NCBI RefSeq assembly: GCF_001194135.2
Contig: NC_068987.1
Coordinates: 88,710,430-88,774,429, forward strand
DNA length: 64,000 nucleotides
Source of the DNA: Octopus bimaculoides
Taxonomy: Eukaryota
Reading direction: 5' to 3'
In this document: positions 63,690-64,000 of the stretch, one piece after another
Position numbering within the stretch: position 1 is the first letter of the stretch
Layout: each line of letters starts with the position of its first letter
Program-made: the position numbers and the translations under genes
The notes under the pieces: generated by a model
Told to the model about the DNA's origin: nothing
What the model saw: only the letters and a program-made list of their open reading frames with translations
Databases searched by the model: none

Positions 63690-64000
63690 TCTGCTCTAGG
63701 CACAAGGCCCGAAATTTTGGGGAGGGGGTCAATCGATTAGATCAACCCCAGTACGCAACTGGTACTTAATTTATCGACCCCGAAAGGATGAAAGGCAAAG
63801 TCGACCTCAGCGGAATTTGAACTCAGAACATAAAGACATATGAAATACCGCAAAGCATTTCGCCCGGTGTGCTAACGATTCCGCTTGCTCGCCGTCTTTC
63901 ACTGTCGGAAATATTAACTTTGTTTAATATACTGGTTTTAAATTTTTGGCACAAGGCCAGCAATTCTGAGGGGAGAGGCTAAGTCGATTACATCGACTCC
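63690..64000 (-). mobile_element. SINE family B full copy plus the 3' end of a second copy running off the window
   Basis: 63690-63895 is a complete reverse-complement copy; 63940-64000 ggcacaaggccagcaatt..gtcgattacatcgact. Confidence 0.9.

Overview
This is repeat-dominated, AT-rich eukaryotic DNA from a draft assembly. It contains about 17 N-gaps, most bordered by microsatellites. The SINE set matches what I recall from Octopus (coleoid cephalopod) genomes; that assignment is from recognition, not a search. No intact, recognisable host gene is present, and most ORFs in the supplied track are artefacts of microsatellites or gaps. The mobile-element content is: (1) dozens of tRNA-derived SINE copies (my labels A, B, C, E); (2) seven fragments of R4/Dong-clade non-LTR retroelements, most abutting (AAT)n tracts; (3) Penelope-like retroelement (PLE) remnants, including a roughly 3 kb minus-strand RT region at 27.9-31.0 kb; (4) a Helitron Pif1-helicase pseudogene; (5) pogo/Tigger and mariner remnants; (6) several TIR/foldback MITEs. 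The most striking signal is eight minimal type I hammerhead-ribozyme-like motifs from about five unrelated sequence families. One (40473-40530) has an intact catalytic core, and one lies in sense orientation upstream of the PLE RT region. Also notable are a circularly permuted inverted duplication (54792-55107), nested inverted repeats at 6.3-8.2 kb, and a speculative 3-exon minus-strand model for a 104-aa signal-peptide protein. Coordinates were read by eye, so repeat boundaries are approximate.
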